Shown here piece after piece: positions 45,066 to 54,224 of a stretch of DNA of 64,000 nucleotides (positions within the stretch are counted from its first letter, which is position 1; every line of letters begins with the position of its first letter). A program made the position numbers and the translations under genes. The notes under the pieces are model-generated. The model was given only the letters and a program-made list of their open reading frames with translations, searched no databases and was not told the origin of the DNA. Origin of the DNA: a virus; IMG/VR virus record IMGVR_UViG_3300025919_000136, positions 1 through 64,000 of that record, one strand, 5' to 3'.

Positions 45066-45322
45066 TCGGGCGGGCCGTTTGGGGCCGGTAAGGCGGGTGG
45101 TCGTTCGCTACCCCACGATTCTTTTGATTGGTAAGGCGCAAAGCTGGGCTGGCCTAAACGCTTTTACGGAATTCGAGCAAATCGAGCAATAACTTTAAAA
45201 CGGCGTTTCGACCCCACGTACAGCCTTCGTTTCTGGGCGAATTTCGTAGATTTCCATCGGTGGCTTCGTGGGTCTACAACGCCGTTTAAATGCTTATTAC
45301 CCGATTTAGCCATAAATCGACT

Positions 45323-45711
45323 AAATCGGTCAACCCGTCTAAAAACGGCTGGGGGCGCGAAGACGGATGGCGCTCATGAAAACGCGTTATTTGTCGTATT
45401 TTCCGGTTTTGGTCGTATTTTGTGTTTTCGTATTTTTAGGCTTTGAAAATCTTGTTTTTTCGTAATTATTTACTAAACTTGACCATATCTTCAGATATGA
45501 TATTTATAAAATATAATATGACAAAAAGCAGACAGCGCATGACGAACGATACCACCAATTAAGGAGTCGACGCTGGACTCCCTGTTGCCGCTAACTTAAG
45601 ACGGATCAAGCAGAAGCCGGGCTGGCTCTTTTGGCTCAAACGATTTTGTAGAAAACAGACGCGCCATCCGTCTTCACCCCCCCAGCCGTTTTTAAGCGGT
45701 TTTACCGATTT
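45323..45711. other. Candidate origin (or terminus / packaging site): 51-bp inverted repeat around an AT-rich core
   Basis: Arms 45323-45373 and 45661-45711 match 45/51; TCGTATTTT x3; AT-rich 45440-45530. Confidence 0.6.
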
Positions 45712-45795
45712 GGCCCAAAACCGATATTCCGTAAATCCGCCAAAACCGCCCACTTCGCGCCCCCGCCCAACCCACCATCATTCGCTAACTATCAA

Positions 45796-45824
45796 CGCGG
45801 AGGATCTCTCCCAGAAGATGGGCC
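45796..45824 (+). repeat. 28-bp element copy, right flank of the non-coding centre
   Basis: cgcggaggatctctcccagaagatgggcc. Confidence 0.95.
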
Positions 45825-45860
45825 AAAAGAAAACCCCAGCAGCGCATAGCTGCTGGGGTT
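45825..45860 (-). terminator. Rho-independent terminator
   Basis: 12-bp stem aaccccagcagc/gctgctggggtt followed by a U-tract on -. Confidence 0.85.
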
Positions 45861-45878
45861 CACTCCGCCGACCACACC

Positions 45879-46256
45879 CTACATTCGATCCAACAACCCG
45901 CCCAACAGATGTACCATCATCGCGGCAGCCGCCGCCTCGCGGAAGTGGGAGACTTGCCAGCCGTCGCCGTTGTGGGAGACGGAGCCGGTGTGCAAGCCAA
46001 GCAACTTGTTCAAGGCGTAGTCGTAATCGCGCTGGACGGATTCCTTCAACTTGTCCTGCTCTGGGTACTGCAGCGCGATTTCGGTGGAGCGAATGTAGCT
46101 CAGCTTCGCCTTGGCGACGATCCAGGCTTCCACGTAGTTCTCGATCGATCCGGGATGGGCATAGCTGTCGGCAGCTTCGTTGACCGCCATATTCTTCGCG
46201 GCAACCTCTGCTTGGTGCAACGCCTCTACGACTTCGGCCACGTTCAATAGGTTCAT
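45879..46256 (-). CDS. Early hypothetical protein
   Basis: AAGGAG site. Confidence 0.6.
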   Translation of the reverse strand: MNLLNVAEVVEALHQAEVAAKNMAVNEAADSYAHPGSIENYVEAWIVAKAKLSYIRSTEIALQYPEQDKLKESVQRDYDYALNKLLGLHTGSVSHNGDGWQVSHFREAAAAAMMVHLLGGLLDRM

Positions 46257-46359
46257 GATGTCTCCTTTGTTTTCGCTGTCGGTTTCAAGTCAGGATTCCG
46301 CCCCAAGGCCGGTCTGGGGCACTGGGGCGGAATGCGGTAAAAGTGGGGCTAGCTTGGTG

Positions 46360-46659
46360 CTAAGGCCGGTTACAGTCCGCTGGAACGCCGCCCCACACGC
46401 CCAAGCAAGCGTTGGCATAGTCGTATGCTTTGATGCAACTATCGAAGCGGACGGTGGCGGTTATTGGGCTGCCCATCTCGATGTAGTACAACCCCTTCTT
46501 GTACAGGCGAGACGCGAACCGGGCGTATTCCGTGGCGTCCTTCAGCATGTTTGGGGTGCAGGTTGCGCGCAGTTCCTTGCGCTTGGCCTGGTAGAATTCC
46601 TTGGCCCGATCGGCATCGGTGCGAGCCTGGTTTAGCTTCGCTTCGGTAGTTGGGTGCAT
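46360..46659 (-). CDS. Early hypothetical protein
   Basis: AGGAGG site. Confidence 0.6.
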   Translation of the reverse strand: MHPTTEAKLNQARTDADRAKEFYQAKRKELRATCTPNMLKDATEYARFASRLYKKGLYYIEMGSPITATVRFDSCIKAYDYANACLGVWGGVPADCNRP

Positions 46660-46749
46660 CTTGTTTCCTCCTTGGATTCGGTTCCCCTTCGCGGGGACGG
46701 AGCGGCCCGGTCAAGTTGGGTCGCTCCCGCACGGATTGCACGCCACCGA

Positions 46750-46917
46750 TCACAGATTGTGCATGCGGCATTCCGCAGCGTAGGCGGCACGCTCTGCAGC
46801 TTCCTGGCCTTCGGCTTCCAGCCGCTTGGCTTCACGTTCGGAAATCTCGCGGGTGAACCAGACAACCTTGCCATTGGTCTCGGTACGGCAATCGTGAATG
46901 CGAACGGTCTTTTCCAT
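46750..46917 (-). CDS. 55-aa early protein (not in ORF track)
   Basis: MEKTVRIHDCRTE..., AGGAG site, directly after promoter copy 3. Confidence 0.55.
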   Translation of the reverse strand: MEKTVRIHDCRTETNGKVVWFTREISEREAKRLEAEGQEAAERAAYAAECRMHNL

Positions 46918-46950
46918 TGAATTCTCCTGTAATTGGTTCCGTCATCATTA

Positions 46951-47011
46951 ATTATAACCGATCGGTACAGGTTTGGGGGCCTTTTCCGAAAGTATTTTCG
47001 AAAATACTTTC
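46951..47011 (-). promoter_or_regulatory. Repeated promoter copy 3
   Basis: GTATTTTCGAAAATAC palindrome - CCCCCAAAC - CCGATCGGTTATAAT. Confidence 0.85.
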
Positions 47012-47157
47012 GGGCCGCTACCTGCCTGGGGCCTGTAGAAGGTGTCGCTGCTGAAAACGTTGCCTGTAGTGGGCCTAGAACGCGATAGATTCGTGCGACC
47101 GAAGGCTGTTACCGAAACGGGCCTAAGTCGCCGGGAAGCGGCCTCTAAACCAATTTA

Positions 47158-47190
47158 TAGCCTCACCACGCTTGAGGCATGGTGGGGCTA
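47158..47190 (-). terminator. Hairpin / probable terminator
   Basis: tagcctcaccacgc / gcatggtggggcta. Confidence 0.55.
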
Positions 47191-47199
47191 GGCGCGACA

Positions 47200-47228
47200 C
47201 GCGGAGCATTCTGCCCAGAGGATGGGCC
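47200..47228 (+). repeat. 28-bp element copy
   Basis: cgcggagcattctgcccagaggatgggcc, abuts a stop codon. Confidence 0.9.
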
Positions 47229-47740
47229 TATTCGACGCGGACCCACCGCTCCACGGTGCCATCAGTGTTGTAGATCACGAAATCGTTGGTCTTGTCGTTG
47301 TAGGTGATCAGGTCGATGTGGTTGGTGAGGCCTCCGGTGGAGATCCACCATTCGTCTCCTACGGGCTGGTTAGCCTCGACCCATTGCTGGCAGCGACCAC
47401 CGAAATCGGCGTAGCCGTTGACGTGATACAGGTGGTGGCCTGCCACCTTCATCGCGTAGACGGGGATGGGCTGTTGGCAATCGGTGACGATGGATTCGAT
47501 GTCTTCAGGTAGCATCTCGTTGGCGAGCAATTCGCGGAGCAGCGGCCAATTGCTGGCTTCGATGGCTTGGTTCAGCGAGACCACGAGCTCGTTAGCGGAG
47601 CGGAAATGGGGTGCGGGATCTTCGTTGCGATGCTTGACGGCGCGTAGGTTGCCACGCAATTTGGTGCCGTCTTCCAATGTGTAGAGAGCGTTGTTCTTGC
47701 CGATAGAACATTCTACGGCGAAGCGTCGGGTGATCTTCAT
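47228..47740 (-). CDS. Early hypothetical protein
   Basis: 170 aa, AAAGGT site. Confidence 0.6.
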   Translation of the reverse strand: MKITRRFAVECSIGKNNALYTLEDGTKLRGNLRAVKHRNEDPAPHFRSANELVVSLNQAIEASNWPLLRELLANEMLPEDIESIVTDCQQPIPVYAMKVAGHHLYHVNGYADFGGRCQQWVEANQPVGDEWWISTGGLTNHIDLITYNDKTNDFVIYNTDGTVERWVRVE

Positions 47741-47794
47741 ATAGGTACCTTTCAGCCCAGCCCCAAACGGGGCTGGGCTTGGTCGTTGTGGCGG

Positions 47795-48190
47795 TTATAG
47801 ATTCTCAGCGATTCGGGCTAGCTTCTCGAAGAAGCCCAGGTCATCCACACGGAGGCTGTCTTCCAGCAAGACGAATTCCTCCTTGGTGAGCACGGTGCGC
47901 AGCTTCTCCAGCAGCGCCTCCTGTTCGGGGCTGATAGAGCCGAACGGTTTGTGCATCCAGAAATGGGCCTTGGTTACCTGGTCGGGGGAGACCACGTAGC
48001 CCAATTCGGTTAGCTTCTTGCCGACAACTTCGGGGTTGGGGTCCTTGGCAGCTTCTTCAAGCTGGTCGCGGACGAGCACCGCTTGGGTGTAGCTGGGGAA
48101 GGAATCCACCTTCACGCTGCGGATCTCGTCCAGCTGCATGCAGACCATGGTGTGGCTGCCGGGCTCGGTTGGGGTGCTGGTGTAGAACAT
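47795..48190 (-). CDS. Early hypothetical protein
   Basis: TAATG-coupled. Confidence 0.55.
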   Translation of the reverse strand: MFYTSTPTEPGSHTMVCMQLDEIRSVKVDSFPSYTQAVLVRDQLEEAAKDPNPEVVGKKLTELGYVVSPDQVTKAHFWMHKPFGSISPEQEALLEKLRTVLTKEEFVLLEDSLRVDDLGFFEKLARIAENL

Positions 48191-48444
48191 TAATCGATCT
48201 CCTTTAGGCTGTCTGTAAATGGCTTGATGGATTTGGCTACGTCGGTACGACTGACCCTATGAGAGCCCCTGTGCCCAGGGTTTTCATGGTCTGGTCCGGT
48301 CGGTACGGCCCACACGCTGCACAGAGCGGTGGTATGGTCCCTGTAAATCCCCACAGCCTTCAGGTAGGCTTCGAGGATGGTGTCGTGGCGATTTGGGCTC
48401 AGGCTACCCGAATTGCAGACCGTTGTGTACTTCTCATTTTTCAT
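48190..48444 (-). CDS. Early hypothetical protein
   Basis: AAGGAGG site after promoter copy 4. Confidence 0.55.
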   Translation of the reverse strand: MKNEKYTTVCNSGSLSPNRHDTILEAYLKAVGIYRDHTTALCSVWAVPTGPDHENPGHRGSHRVSRTDVAKSIKPFTDSLKEID

Positions 48445-48467
48445 GTGGATTGGCCTCCTTACCTTAC

Positions 48468-48528
48468 ATTATGCCTGACGCGAACGGCTTTGGGTAGTAA
48501 ATCTGAAAATATTTTCAGGAATATTTTC
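48468..48528 (-). promoter_or_regulatory. Repeated promoter copy 4
   Basis: GAAAATATT x2 - CCCAAAG - TCAGGCATAAT. Confidence 0.8.
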
Positions 48529-48553
48529 TGGGGCTGTTCGCTGGGTATGGTTA

Positions 48554-48582
48554 GCGGAGGTATCTCTCCCAGAAGATGGGCC
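48554..48582 (+). repeat. 28-bp element copy
   Basis: gcggaggtatctctcccagaagatgggcc. Confidence 0.95.
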
Positions 48583-48662
48583 TAAAGCTGGATGCCTTCC
48601 CAGCCGCCATTGTAGCGGGTTGCGCCGATTTCCTTGGGGATGTTCACGAGAATTGGTTCCAT
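48582..48662 (-). CDS. 26-aa peptide with its own promoter
   Basis: MEPILVNIPKEIGATRYNGGWEGIQL, AGGAG site. Confidence 0.45.
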   Translation of the reverse strand: MEPILVNIPKEIGATRYNGGWEGIQL

Positions 48663-48703
48663 TTGCTGCACGCTCCTGTTGGTTTTAACGACTTACAAGA
48701 GAT

Positions 48704-48764
48704 ATTATAACTGATTCGTAGGCGTTTGGGTGGGTTTTGGAGAAGTATTTTCGAAAATATTTTT
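48704..48764 (-). promoter_or_regulatory. Repeated promoter copy 5
   Basis: TATTTTCGAAAATA - CCCAAAC - ATCAGTTATAAT. Confidence 0.85.
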
Positions 48765-48767
48765 ACG

Positions 48768-48800
48768 AAAATACCAGCCCACCTTGCGGTGGGCTGGTAT
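48768..48800 (-). terminator. Rho-independent terminator
   Basis: 13-bp stem with GCAA loop, then TTT. Confidence 0.8.
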
Positions 48801-48823
48801 CGTGGCTTAGCAGTTTGGTTGGC

Positions 48824-49849
48824 TTATCCCTCGGCGGGTGCTTCCGTCGGCTCCGCATGGGCTTCGGTAGTCGCTTCCGCCGACTCTGTTGATTCAGGCG
48901 CGTTCTCCGGCGTGGCCTGCTTGCCCTTGGGCGCATTCACCTTCAGCGAGTAGTCGTACGGATGGCCACCGTTGGCTACGAACTCGTCGGCCTTCGCCTT
49001 GGCTTCCTCCGCCATCTGGACCCGTTCGCGAGCGGACTTGACCTTCTTCGCGGCGATAGGACTGAAGGGATGGATGCGCTGGTCCATCAGGGCCCAGTTC
49101 AACGAAGCGGTGGCGTTCTCCACGCGGGCCTGAGCCAGTTCGACCACGGTCGGCTTGGGGCCGATACCCTCGGCCTTGGGGCCGAACTTCGCGGCGAACT
49201 TCTCTTCGCGGAGGCGCAGCTTCTCTTCGCGGATGGCGGCGAGCTCTTCCGGCGACTTCGCAGGCTTGGGCGTGCGCGGCTGCTTCGGCTCACGTGGTTG
49301 GCGCACCTTGTTGTTCTGCACGTCGACGTAGATGGCATGCGCTTCGCGACCCTTGTCGGTGAGCGTGACCTCGTTGGTGGTCTGGTCCACTTCGATCAGC
49401 TTGCGGTTGCCCAACGAACCGATGATGGCTACGGCCGTCAGCGCATCGCCGTACTCGCGGGTGACGTTCTGCAGCTGGATGGACGGATTGTCCTGCACGA
49501 TCGTCAGCACCTTGAAGTCACGCGTGGTGATGGTGGGCTGCTTACGTTCCTGGCGAGTGGGGTCTCCATCGGCTCCGGGCTTCGGTGCGTTGTCGGTACC
49601 ATCGCCAGCGGTGGACTGGGTGGGCGTGGCCGCTTCGGGGTTGGTTGCTTCCTGGGTATCCGTACCCAGATGGCCATTTAGTGCGGCTTCGGCTTCGGCA
49701 CGCGACTTGAACTTATCGCCGATGACATGATCGCCATGGGTTGCGGTCCAGGTCTTGCGGTCCTTGTTCACTGCGACGCGGACATCGGTGCCTTCGTGGG
49801 TGCCAGCATAGATATGCTTTCCCTCCGCCAACTTACTTAATTGTAACAC
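48824..49849 (-). CDS. Charged early protein with winged-helix-like segment
   Basis: GTG start after AAGGAG; LGNRKLIEV...VTLTDKGRE wing pattern. Confidence 0.6.
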   Translation of the reverse strand: MLQLSKLAEGKHIYAGTHEGTDVRVAVNKDRKTWTATHGDHVIGDKFKSRAEAEAALNGHLGTDTQEATNPEAATPTQSTAGDGTDNAPKPGADGDPTRQERKQPTITTRDFKVLTIVQDNPSIQLQNVTREYGDALTAVAIIGSLGNRKLIEVDQTTNEVTLTDKGREAHAIYVDVQNNKVRQPREPKQPRTPKPAKSPEELAAIREEKLRLREEKFAAKFGPKAEGIGPKPTVVELAQARVENATASLNWALMDQRIHPFSPIAAKKVKSARERVQMAEEAKAKADEFVANGGHPYDYSLKVNAPKGKQATPENAPESTESAEATTEAHAEPTEAPAEG

Positions 49850-49928
49850 TTTCGGCTCCTTTTGGAGGGGTGGGATATAGTTGGTCCCTCCAGATCTACT
49901 AAACACATGCGAACGGCTTGTACACTAT

Positions 49929-49989
49929 ATTATGCCTGATCCGCCAGCCTCTGAGTAGGTATTATCATGATATTCAAAATAATATTTGA
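49929..49989 (-). promoter_or_regulatory. Repeated promoter copy 6
   Basis: AT tracts and GATCAGGCATAAT; divergent -35. Confidence 0.65.
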
Positions 49990-50123
49990 GTATTTTTATT
50001 ACCTTATGGTACACATACCGATGATGATGATAGTGTCGGCACATGCTCTAGAAGTAGGAAAAGTAGCGCATCTTTTTGCCGGAGGATTCGTCGGGATTTA
50101 TAGTTCGCTCAAGTGGAGGTTGT

Positions 50124-50816
50124 ATGGAAGGACGAATTTCTATTGCTGGAGTATACAGCATATGCTGCACTTCTAACGGTGCGTTGTATGTAGGTAGTAG
50201 TATCAATTTATATGGTAGGTTGAACAGGCACTTGCAGGCGTTGAGAAACGGGGATCACCAAAATAAACGTATGCAAGGATGCTGGAACAAATACGGGGAG
50301 GCTTCGTTTAAAATTGAGATACTGACGGCTTGTCACGTAGACAAGCTGCTTGAAGAAGAGCAGAATTGGATAGACAAGTTGGAACCTTGTCTTAATGGCA
50401 AGAAGATAGTTGCGATCTCTCCAGAGGATTTAAGTAGGTTTACTCGAGGCACCAAAAGAGGCCCAATGTCGGACGAGGCTAGGCGAAACATGTCTCTCGC
50501 TAAATTAGGCAAACCAAGGAAAACTCCGATCACTGAGGAAGCCAAGATGAGAATGTCGGAGGCTGCCAAGCGAAGAGGGATGAATATGTCTGCTGAGTCC
50601 CGGAGGAAGGCTGCTGAGAGTAGACGGGGCAAGAAGCGTGGTCCAATGTCTGACGAGACTAGAGCTAAAATGTCCGAATCAGCAAAGAAGCGACCAATGC
50701 CATTCACAGCCGAATCTAGGCGAAAAGCAGCAGAAACAAAACGGAGCAAGACAGCGCTCAGGAGATTGGAAAAGGAGGCTCAGCTCATTACGCCTTTGGC
50801 TGAGCCTCAATCCTAA
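50124..50816 (+). CDS. GIY-YIG homing endonuclease with NUMOD3 repeats
   Basis: GVYSI...YVGSS...RLNRH...EEQNWI; repeated MSDE.R.KMS; opposite strand, AT-richer. Confidence 0.85.
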   Translation: MEGRISIAGVYSICCTSNGALYVGSSINLYGRLNRHLQALRNGDHQNKRMQGCWNKYGEASFKIEILTACHVDKLLEEEQNWIDKLEPCLNGKKIVAISPEDLSRFTRGTKRGPMSDEARRNMSLAKLGKPRKTPITEEAKMRMSEAAKRRGMNMSAESRRKAAESRRGKKRGPMSDETRAKMSESAKKRPMPFTAESRRKAAETKRSKTALRRLEKEAQLITPLAEPQS

Positions 50817-50832
50817 CTGTTTTGTCTTGGCT

Positions 50833-51207
50833 TTACCTATATGAGTCGGGGCCGAGATCGGTGTCGTCGGCCTGGAACTTCGCGGGTACGGAGCATATCT
50901 CGGTCACGGCGTCGCCCACCTGCAGCCGGAGCGCAAAGTAGAGCGTGGAGTCGTTGGGAATCAAGAAGCGGAGTTCGGGGCGGGCGTCCACTAGTTGCTT
51001 CCAGGTTTTGGTGGTGGATTCGACGGTTGGGCTGGTTTCGCGGTATTGGCGGACGTCGAACTTTGCGGCTGCTTGGGCGCAAGCCGATTCGTAGTCGCGG
51101 CCTTGTGCAGCCAATTCGCGGGCTTCGGTCACCTGCGGTTTGGTCAGGCCATGCTTCCGCTCCACGGCGGCACGGAACACAGGTGGTTCGATCGTGATGG
51201 TGTTCAT
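50833..51207 (-). CDS. Early hypothetical protein
   Basis: GAGGA site supplied by a 28-bp element copy. Confidence 0.55.
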   Translation of the reverse strand: MNTITIEPPVFRAAVERKHGLTKPQVTEARELAAQGRDYESACAQAAAKFDVRQYRETSPTVESTTKTWKQLVDARPELRFLIPNDSTLYFALRLQVGDAVTEICSVPAKFQADDTDLGPDSYR

Positions 51208-51216
51208 GGTGTAGTG

Positions 51217-51241
51217 TGGATCCTCTCCAGAAGACGGGGCC
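51217..51241 (+). repeat. Degenerate 28-bp element copy
   Basis: tggatcctctccagaagacggggcc. Confidence 0.7.
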
Positions 51242-51247
51242 TGAAAA

Positions 51248-51664
51248 TTACAGGTCGTCGGGTACTGTGTCGTAGGGGAAGCTGCGAACGTAGTTCCAGG
51301 TGCTATTGCCGGAGCGTTCGTACTGCAGGACTACTGTGCCAGCAAGCTGCAACCGGAAGAATCGGCCATCGGCCATGACCCGCTCCAGTTTGCCAGACAC
51401 TGCCTTGTAGCCACGTTCGCGCATTCGGTTTACGAAGTCGAAGCGTACAATGTGCATTGGATCTTCCGACGAAGGTGGATTGATAGCTGCGCTTTCCGCT
51501 AAGGCCAATTTCAGTAGATACTTCGCGGAGAGTACAATCGACCCTTCAGGGCATAGGAAGCGGAGCTCGATATCTCCGTCGTGGGTACCGCCAACGTATA
51601 CGTGGTTCGGCATCCCGCCAAGGTTCCTTATGTGTTGGCGTAGACGTTGCTTGTCTTGTTCCAT
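51248..51664 (-). CDS. Early hypothetical protein
   Basis: Gene chain. Confidence 0.5.
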   Translation of the reverse strand: MEQDKQRLRQHIRNLGGMPNHVYVGGTHDGDIELRFLCPEGSIVLSAKYLLKLALAESAAINPPSSEDPMHIVRFDFVNRMRERGYKAVSGKLERVMADGRFFRLQLAGTVVLQYERSGNSTWNYVRSFPYDTVPDDL

Positions 51665-51669
51665 AGGAT

Positions 51670-51900
51670 TTATAACTTCATTCCGACCAGCTGATCCTTT
51701 TCGTTCAGCGACAGTTGCGAGTAGTATCCGGAGGTGATACGGATCCATCCGGTGCCGTGCTTCACTTCGTTGCGGGCCGCAACTTTGGACAGCTTCATCC
51801 GGCGGACGGAACCGCTACGGTCGATTTTCTGGTAGTGGCCGAAGCGATCCTTCTTGTAGTCGTGGCGGATGCACCACGCTTCGAACTCTTGTTGTGTCAT
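51670..51900 (-). CDS. Early protein (paralogue of 59842-60063)
   Basis: MT.Q....W...H......R.KL.....R.E.....GW......Y..L......L.G. Confidence 0.6.
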   Translation of the reverse strand: MTQQEFEAWCIRHDYKKDRFGHYQKIDRSGSVRRMKLSKVAARNEVKHGTGWIRITSGYYSQLSLNEKDQLVGMKL

Positions 51901-51988
51901 GTGAACTCCTTAGGTGGCTTGGGTATGAGGGCCTGGGCTTGGAACCAGGGCTGCCGCATTACGGCCCGGATGGGGCCGTCCTCTGCGA

Positions 51989-52339
51989 TTAGAAGGAATC
52001 GTCCTCCACGTCGTCGGCAAACTCCGCGAAGGCCAGTTCCTGCGCTTCGATGTAGGCATCGAAGGCGGCTTCGTTGGCGTCCGTTTCGGTCGGACTAGGA
52101 ACGAATACGGAATCGTTCGCCATATCGAACACGCGGATGCCGTTGGAGCGGCAATACGGTGCGTTCACGTTGCAAGGGCCATACACACCCAACATGGCAT
52201 CTGGGTGGAAGATGCACATTTCGCGCATAGCGGCGTCGGCATAGGCTTTGTCGCCCACTACGACGGCAATGGCGGCTCCAGCCACCAAACGCCCGTTCCC
52301 TGCATCTTCGCATAGCACGATCGAATAACCCTGTTGCAT
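51989..52339 (-). CDS. Early protein with acidic tail
   Basis: AGGAG site after promoter copy 7. Confidence 0.6.
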   Translation of the reverse strand: MQQGYSIVLCEDAGNGRLVAGAAIAVVVGDKAYADAAMREMCIFHPDAMLGVYGPCNVNAPYCRSNGIRVFDMANDSVFVPSPTETDANEAAFDAYIEAQELAFAEFADDVEDDSF

Positions 52340-52379
52340 TGTTCGCTCCTGAAAACGTTGGAATTGCCTTACAAGAGAT

Positions 52380-52439
52380 ATTATGACTGATCGGTATGAG
52401 TTTGAGGGGATTTTTCAGGAAAATTATTAATTATTTTCC
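52380..52439 (-). promoter_or_regulatory. Repeated promoter copy 7
   Basis: GGAAAATAATTAATAATTTTCC - CTCAAAC - CCGATCAGTCATAAT. Confidence 0.85.
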
Positions 52440-52544
52440 GGATTTCTTTCGCCCGCCTACGAAGCAGGTACTCATCGATGTTCGGTAGGAGGTCCGCGCC
52501 AAGCAGCCCGACCAAGTCTAGGCGCAATCTGCCGTCGGCGGATA

Positions 52545-52571
52545 GCGGAGGTATCTCCTCCAGAGAATGGG
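52545..52571 (+). repeat. 28-bp element copy
   Basis: gcggaggtatctcctccagagaatggg. Confidence 0.75.
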
Positions 52572-52574
52572 AGT

Positions 52575-52808
52575 TCACAGTTCACCAAGATCCTTCATGA
52601 TGCGGTCCAGGTCCAGCTTGCTCAGGTCTTCGGGGCCGAGCAGATGGCGGACGGCGGCTAGATCGCCAGCCTCGACGAAGTCGTTCAATACTTCACCGAA
52701 CATGTCGATTCGGAATAGCTTGTCGTCTGAGACGATGCGAATCTTGTCTTTCGCAACGGTGACGTAGTCCAAGGCGAAGCCTTGGGTAATGGTGGAAACT
52801 TCGAACAT
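52575..52808 (-). CDS. Acidic early protein
   Basis: Follows the protease gene. Confidence 0.55.
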   Translation of the reverse strand: MFEVSTITQGFALDYVTVAKDKIRIVSDDKLFRIDMFGEVLNDFVEAGDLAAVRHLLGPEDLSKLDLDRIMKDLGEL

Positions 52809-52809
52809 A

Positions 52810-53592
52810 TCAATACCCTTTCAGTTGTTCCAGTCGCTGTGCGGCGAGCTCCAGCGGGATGCATTTCAGCTTGCCCGCCCCAGTTGCACTGGCAAGAAGA
52901 TCGGCGCTAGAAAGGCCTCCAAACCGCTCCAGTAGCACTATGTAGATCCCCACCCATCCTGGACCGTGGCCCGGCTCGGAGTCTTCATGGCGGCGGTTGA
53001 TATTTTGTATTTTGTACTCCCAGCGCGTTTGGAAGATGTGGGCTAGCTCGTGGATGACAATCCACGGACATAGGTCGCGGGGCGTGGAGTAGCGGATCAG
53101 GTAGTCGCCGCGAGCGATGGAGGTTCGGGCGTTGCGCAGGAATTCGATACGCGGCGGAGCAATACCTAACTCACGACAGATGTGCGCTGTTAGCGCAGCT
53201 GTAGAAGCCTCGTCGAACTTGGTTGCCAGCGGAGTTGGCTTGATGGTTAACCGCTCCCAGGCGTAGGCCTTGGCGCGTTGCGAATCGCGGGCGAAGTAGA
53301 AGGATGATTTCGGTTCGAAGCCTTCGGGTTGCCACCCTATCGCCGTCCACCACAGGAACTTACCACAATTGGGGCACTTCTGGCAGAAGCGAGCGTAGTC
53401 GTCGGTGGAGTCATAGACCCGCTCCAGCCAATAGGTCAGCTGACCTTCGGGGTGCTTACAGCGGGTGCACCAGGTATAGGTGACGCGGCCTTGCACGCCA
53501 CGCCGCAGAATCATGAGGCGCTTGACCTCTGCGTAGGTTAGATCGCGGAAGTTTTCGCCAGGAGCCAAAATGGATTCGGTGGGTTTGCTCAT
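52810..53592 (-). CDS. Zn-finger + SprT-like zinc metalloprotease
   Basis: CTRC...CPNC; IHELAH...GHGPGW. Confidence 0.7.
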   Translation of the reverse strand: MSKPTESILAPGENFRDLTYAEVKRLMILRRGVQGRVTYTWCTRCKHPEGQLTYWLERVYDSTDDYARFCQKCPNCGKFLWWTAIGWQPEGFEPKSSFYFARDSQRAKAYAWERLTIKPTPLATKFDEASTAALTAHICRELGIAPPRIEFLRNARTSIARGDYLIRYSTPRDLCPWIVIHELAHIFQTRWEYKIQNINRRHEDSEPGHGPGWVGIYIVLLERFGGLSSADLLASATGAGKLKCIPLELAAQRLEQLKGY

Positions 53593-53639
53593 TGGTATGA
53601 ACCTTTCTTGAGACGGCTTGGAGTTCAACGACACCAATC

Positions 53640-53699
53640 ATTATAACTGATCGGTAGGGGTTTGGGGGCCTTTTCTGGAAATATTTTCTAATATTTCTG
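53640..53699 (-). promoter_or_regulatory. Repeated promoter copy 8
   Basis: GAAAATATTTC - CCCCCAAAC - CCGATCAGTTATAAT. Confidence 0.85.
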
Positions 53700-53834
53700 G
53701 TTGGCCTTGAGCAGCCAGCGAATTGAAGCTATCCGACTTGTAGCCTCCATGCGGTTGGATCGGGTGATGCGGGCGTATTCCGCAGCGGTGGCAGCGTTGG
53801 AGTGGGCTAATGTTGAGTACTACCAGTTGGGTGC

Positions 53835-54224
53835 TTATGATATCCTCCGCCATATGTCTTTGGTTACATGGATGAACTGCTTGCCATCGATCTTCATTGG
53901 CCGTTGGTCCGTCGGTTCCCAAACCGTGCAGCATTCCTCCTCGATGGCGGCATCCTGCCAGTTGCGAAGCAGTACGGTACAGCGGAGTTCCAGTTGGGTG
54001 TACTTGATTTGGAAGTCGGGGCCTTGGCCGGTCGTGTCGGTGATGGGGTAGGTGCGTACGATGTATTCGCGACCATCCCGCAGAATATCCCACAGCTTTT
54101 GCTGCATCGAAGAGTGCATATAACCTTCGAAGCGAGTGCGATCATTGCCCTCGAAGGACATCTTTATGTCGAACCAACCAGTGCGTTTAATCATCTTCGA
54201 TCGACTCCCCATGTTCCAGCTCAT
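53835..54224 (-). CDS. Early hypothetical protein
   Basis: Gene chain; start uncertain. Confidence 0.5.
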   Translation of the reverse strand: MSWNMGSRSKMIKRTGWFDIKMSFEGNDRTRFEGYMHSSMQQKLWDILRDGREYIVRTYPITDTTGQGPDFQIKYTQLELRCTVLLRNWQDAAIEEECCTVWEPTDQRPMKIDGKQFIHVTKDIWRRIS

